A DNA stretch of 26,491 nt from assembly GCA_964591795.1 (NCBI GenBank), contig CAZQEL010000012.1, positions 1 through 26,491 of the forward strand. The letters run 5' to 3'. The stretch is from an uncultured archaeon. GTDB lineage: Archaea > Iainarchaeota > Iainarchaeia > Iainarchaeales > CSSED10-239. A model generated the notes under the pieces. That model searched no databases. It was not told where the DNA came from and saw nothing but the letters and a program-made list of their open reading frames with translations. Within the stretch, counting starts at the first letter, position 1, and every line of letters starts with the position of its first letter. Shown in pieces: positions 23,777 to 26,491 of the stretch. The position numbers and the translations under genes are program-made.

Positions 23777-25969
23777 ATGAAAATGGAACTTAATATTAAT
23801 TTAGAAAATTGTTATGGTATAAAAAAATTAGATATGAAATTTAATTTTAATGTCAATAATACTTTTGCAATATATGCTCCGAATGGTAGTATGAAAACAT
23901 CATTTGCAAAAACATTTTTAGATTTAAGTGATAATTATAAAAAATCAGAAGATTTAATAAATCCTGAAAGAAATACTTTAAGAATAATTAAAGATGAAAA
24001 TGATAAAGATTTAGATTGTAATTCTATTTTTGTTATAAAATCATATGATGAAGATTATGCTTCAAAAAAAGTATCAACATTATTAGCAAATCCAAAATTA
24101 AGAAAAAAATATGAATTAATTGTGTTTGATATTACAAAATTAAAACAAAGGTTTTTAAAAGAGTTAAAAGATATATCAAAATCAAGAAAAAATATAGAAG
24201 ATGAATTGTATAAAGTTTTTAATGAAAATGAATTTGTTGGTGTTTTCAAAAAGATTAAAAGTTTAATATGTGATGTAGATTATAATTTTTCAAATTTAAA
24301 TTATGATTTATTTTTTAATGATAAAGCATTTGATTTTTTAAAAACAAGTGGGTTTAAATTAAAGCTTAAAGAATATATTGAGATTTATGATTCTTTATTA
24401 AAAAATTCTAGATTCTTAAAAAATGGATTTAATCATTATAAAGCAAATAAAATAAGTAAAGAATTGAGTAAGGATAGTTTTTTTAATGCAAAACATTCTT
24501 TAAATTTATTTGATGCAAAAACTAATAAAAATATTGAAGTAAAAAGTATAATAAACTTTGATGATATCATTGAGAAAGAAAAAAATTTAATTTTAAGTAG
24601 TAATGAATTAAAATTAAAATTTAAAAGTATTGATTCTAAAATAAAAAATCAAGAATTAGAAGAATTACGTGAATTTTTAAAAGAAAATAAAGAAATTATA
24701 ATTGAATTGAATGATTTAGTTAATTTTGCTCAAAAAATATGGGTGTCTTATATTATTAATAATAATAAAGAGTTATTTGAAGAATTATTTATTAAAGCTG
24801 AGAAAGATATTAAAAACATTTTAATTGAGGTTAAAAAAGAACAAAAAGATTGGAAAGAAGTAATTTCTGAATTTAATAAAAGATTTTTTGTGCCTTTTAA
24901 AATTAAAATAAAGAATATTGAAGATATTGTACTAAAAGGTGAAACTATACCATTTTTTGAATATGAATTTAAAGATAAAGATAATAATACTAATACATCT
25001 AAATCTGAACTTATGACTGTATTAAGTAGTGGTGAAAAGAAAGCTTTATATTTATTAAATATTATTTTTGAAGTAAAAGCAAGAGATAAATTAAGTCAAA
25101 AAACAATATTTATTATAGATGATATTGCTGATTCTTTTGATTATAAAAATAAATATGCAATTATTCAATATTTAAAAGAAATTGCTGAAAATAGTCACTT
25201 TTATCAAATAATTTTAACACATAATTTTGATTTTTTTAGAACAATTCAAAGTAGATTTGTAAGTTATAAAAATTGTTTAATTGCTTCAAAAGATAATTCT
25301 AAAATTAAATTAATATCTAGTAAATATATAAAAAACCCTTTTATAAATGATTGGAAGCTTCATAAATTTAAAGAAGATTCTAAGTTTATTGCATCGATTC
25401 CATTTGTAAGAAATTTAGTTGAATATTGTGGTAATATAAATTATTATGATGTATTAACATCTTGTTTACATATTAAAGAAAATACAAACAAATTAAATGT
25501 AGGTAAAATTAGAACTATTTTTGAAAATGTTTTAAATTTAACTTTTTCTTTAGATAATGAAGATAAATTAATAAAAAATTTAGTTTTTGAAGTTTGCAAT
25601 GATATTTTAAGTGAAAATATCACAGTTAGTGATTTAGATAAAAAGATCACATTATCTATTGGAATTCGTTTACAAGCAGAATTATATTTAATTAATAAAA
25701 TAAAACTATTTGAAAATATAGCAAAACTATATGAAATTTGTAAAGAAAAAAATAAATCTCAAACATATTTTTTATATAGTAAATTTTGTGAATATTTCCC
25801 TAATAATTATAACACAAAATCAATTTTAGATAAAGTAAATTTAATAATACCTGAAAATATACATGTGAATTCATTTATGTATGAACCAATACTTGATATG
25901 GGTTGTAATTCTTTAAAGCAATTATATAAAGATGTGTTTGAATTAAATAAAGAACAAATTAAATTATAA
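23777..25969 (+). CDS. Rad50/SMC-style ABC ATPase (AAA_13 / RloA-PrrC-like architecture) with an atypical Walker A
   Basis: N-terminal P-loop FAIYAPNGSMKTSFAKTF and a coiled-coil insert of about 300 aa. This is followed by the ABC signature LSSGEKKALYLLNIIFE, Walker B TIFIIDDIADSFD and the H-loop region QIILTHNFDFF. A C-terminal domain of about 230 aa is unassigned. The track start is the TTG at 23774; ATGs occur at 23777 and 23783. Confidence 0.75.
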   Translation: MKMELNINLENCYGIKKLDMKFNFNVNNTFAIYAPNGSMKTSFAKTFLDLSDNYKKSEDLINPERNTLRIIKDENDKDLDCNSIFVIKSYDEDYASKKVSTLLANPKLRKKYELIVFDITKLKQRFLKELKDISKSRKNIEDELYKVFNENEFVGVFKKIKSLICDVDYNFSNLNYDLFFNDKAFDFLKTSGFKLKLKEYIEIYDSLLKNSRFLKNGFNHYKANKISKELSKDSFFNAKHSLNLFDAKTNKNIEVKSIINFDDIIEKEKNLILSSNELKLKFKSIDSKIKNQELEELREFLKENKEIIIELNDLVNFAQKIWVSYIINNNKELFEELFIKAEKDIKNILIEVKKEQKDWKEVISEFNKRFFVPFKIKIKNIEDIVLKGETIPFFEYEFKDKDNNTNTSKSELMTVLSSGEKKALYLLNIIFEVKARDKLSQKTIFIIDDIADSFDYKNKYAIIQYLKEIAENSHFYQIILTHNFDFFRTIQSRFVSYKNCLIASKDNSKIKLISSKYIKNPFINDWKLHKFKEDSKFIASIPFVRNLVEYCGNINYYDVLTSCLHIKENTNKLNVGKIRTIFENVLNLTFSLDNEDKLIKNLVFEVCNDILSENITVSDLDKKITLSIGIRLQAELYLINKIKLFENIAKLYEICKEKNKSQTYFLYSKFCEYFPNNYNTKSILDKVNLIIPENIHVNSFMYEPILDMGCNSLKQLYKDVFELNKEQIKL

Positions 25970-26076
25970 ATGTTTATTTATTAATTTATAGAAAATTATG
26001 ATGTTTTATAAGTTTAAACGAAAATGATAATAAAAGGTTTTTTAATTTAAATAATATATAATATATGTGATTAAAT

Positions 26077-26491
26077 ATGGACTCAACAGATACAAGATTC
26101 ATTATTAATGAAAAAGATAGAACTCTTTATGATAGATTTAATGTTTTAATTAAAAATGTATCTATTTTTGACTGTTTAGTAGGTTATTTTTACTCAAGTG
26201 GATTTTATTTGATGTCAGATGCTTTAAAAGATACAAATAAAATAAGAATATTAATTGGTCTTGGAACTGATACTAATACTTTAAATCAAATTAATAAATC
26301 AAAATTAGAGCATTTTATCCCATCTTCTAAAGATATAAATACAAATATTGAAAAAAATATTGAAAATGAATTTGAAAATTCAAAAGATATTAAAGAATTA
26401 GAATTAGGGGTTAATTTATTTCTAGATTGGTTAAAATCTAAAAAATTAGAAATTAAAGCTTATCCTGAGCAAAATTTACATTCTAAGTTAT
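26077..26491 (+). CDS. N-terminal HKD (phospholipase-D-like) nuclease domain of a larger protein that runs off the right edge
   Basis: Not in the track because there is no stop. ATG at 26077; translation MDSTDTRFIINEKDRTLYDRFNVLIKNVSIFDCLVGYFYSSGFYLMSDALKDTNKIRILIGLGTD...LEIKAYPEQNLHSKL. This is the pattern of PLD-type N-terminal domains that precede SNF2/DEAD helicase modules in restriction-like proteins, and the HxK motif falls at the window end. Confidence 0.65.
   Translation, partial: MDSTDTRFIINEKDRTLYDRFNVLIKNVSIFDCLVGYFYSSGFYLMSDALKDTNKIRILIGLGTDTNTLNQINKSKLEHFIPSSKDINTNIEKNIENEFENSKDIKELELGVNLFLDWLKSKKLEIKAYPEQNLHSKL

Noticed and set aside
951-25650. Long antisense ORFs in the supplied track: 951..1250, 3409..3621, 6264..6563, 7005..7244, 9191..9481, 9956..10147, 11687..12019, 12238..12423, 16369..16593, 17346..17537, 21791..22009, 22565..22813, 24055..24249 and 25444..25650.
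   Set aside because: Their translations are low-complexity F/L/I/S-rich strings. Each lies inside a better-supported gene on the other strand. The four I phased (951, 6264, 9191, 11687) all occupy the same shadow frame, where the antisense codon pairs with sense positions 3|1,2. In that frame, stops arise only opposite Tyr or His/Gln contexts. The 16369 ORF is additionally explained by locally higher G+C.
1-26491. A global genetic-code change with TAA as a sense codon.
   Set aside because: About 20 of the 24 stop codons I checked are TAA, and several are visibly followed by intergenic spacers carrying SD-like or TATA-like signals. TAA is therefore the main terminator. Only local readthrough or plain pseudogenisation remain possible.
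1-26491. CRISPR arrays, tRNA/rRNA genes, integrase/transposase/reverse transcriptase genes, and terminal inverted repeats of IS elements.
   Set aside because: I saw no regularly spaced direct repeats with unique spacers, no GC-rich cloverleaf-sized islands, and no ORF with recombinase, DDE or RT motifs. tRNAscan-SE or Infernal and ISfinder searches would be needed to make this definitive.

Overview
Extremely AT-rich 26.5-kb window. My hand counts of single 60-nt lines range from 4 to 22 G+C. It holds about 35 genes, all but two on the + strand. I could not recognise any rRNA, tRNA, CRISPR array, transposase or integrase. The content looks like an accessory, defence-island-like region of a small AT-rich prokaryotic genome. 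Starts are a mix of TATA-box/leaderless-looking and Shine-Dalgarno-led; the taxon cannot be assigned from sequence alone, and a DPANN-type archaeon or similar is only a guess.

Recognisable content, left to right:
- a partial Lrp/AsnC-like HTH gene
- an AbiEi/AbiEii-like cassette bracketed by diverged direct repeats and preceded by a thrice-repeated palindromic operator
- an HD phosphohydrolase
- a SAM methyltransferase
- a decayed SGNH hydrolase
- an HExxH protein plus a membrane protein
- a large unknown interrupted ORF
- a GGCT/ChaC-like protein
- a RelA/SpoT-domain (toxSAS-like) gene behind four TGCGCA boxes
- a truncated COG2865-type fragment
- an orphan CARF-wHTH (Csa3-like) regulator
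- an M16 peptidase
- a second COG2865-type (AlbA_2 + HATPase_c_4) gene
- a 1107-aa UvrD-helicase/Cas4-like-nuclease fusion, whose 3' end is duplicated around an inserted Bro-N gene
- a cluster of small membrane and zinc-ribbon proteins
- a co-directional block of a PD-(D/E)XK-like protein, an unknown protein, an RmuC-like nuclease, a KTSC protein, a Rad50/SMC-style ABC ATPase with an atypical Walker A, and the start of an HKD(PLD)-nuclease-headed gene

Best candidates for an undescribed system:
- the 20.6-26.5 kb nuclease/ATPase block
- the RelA/SpoT plus CARF neighbourhood

A cross-cutting oddity: four otherwise intact reading frames are each interrupted by exactly one in-frame TAA. All family assignments rest on motifs read by eye, not on database searches.
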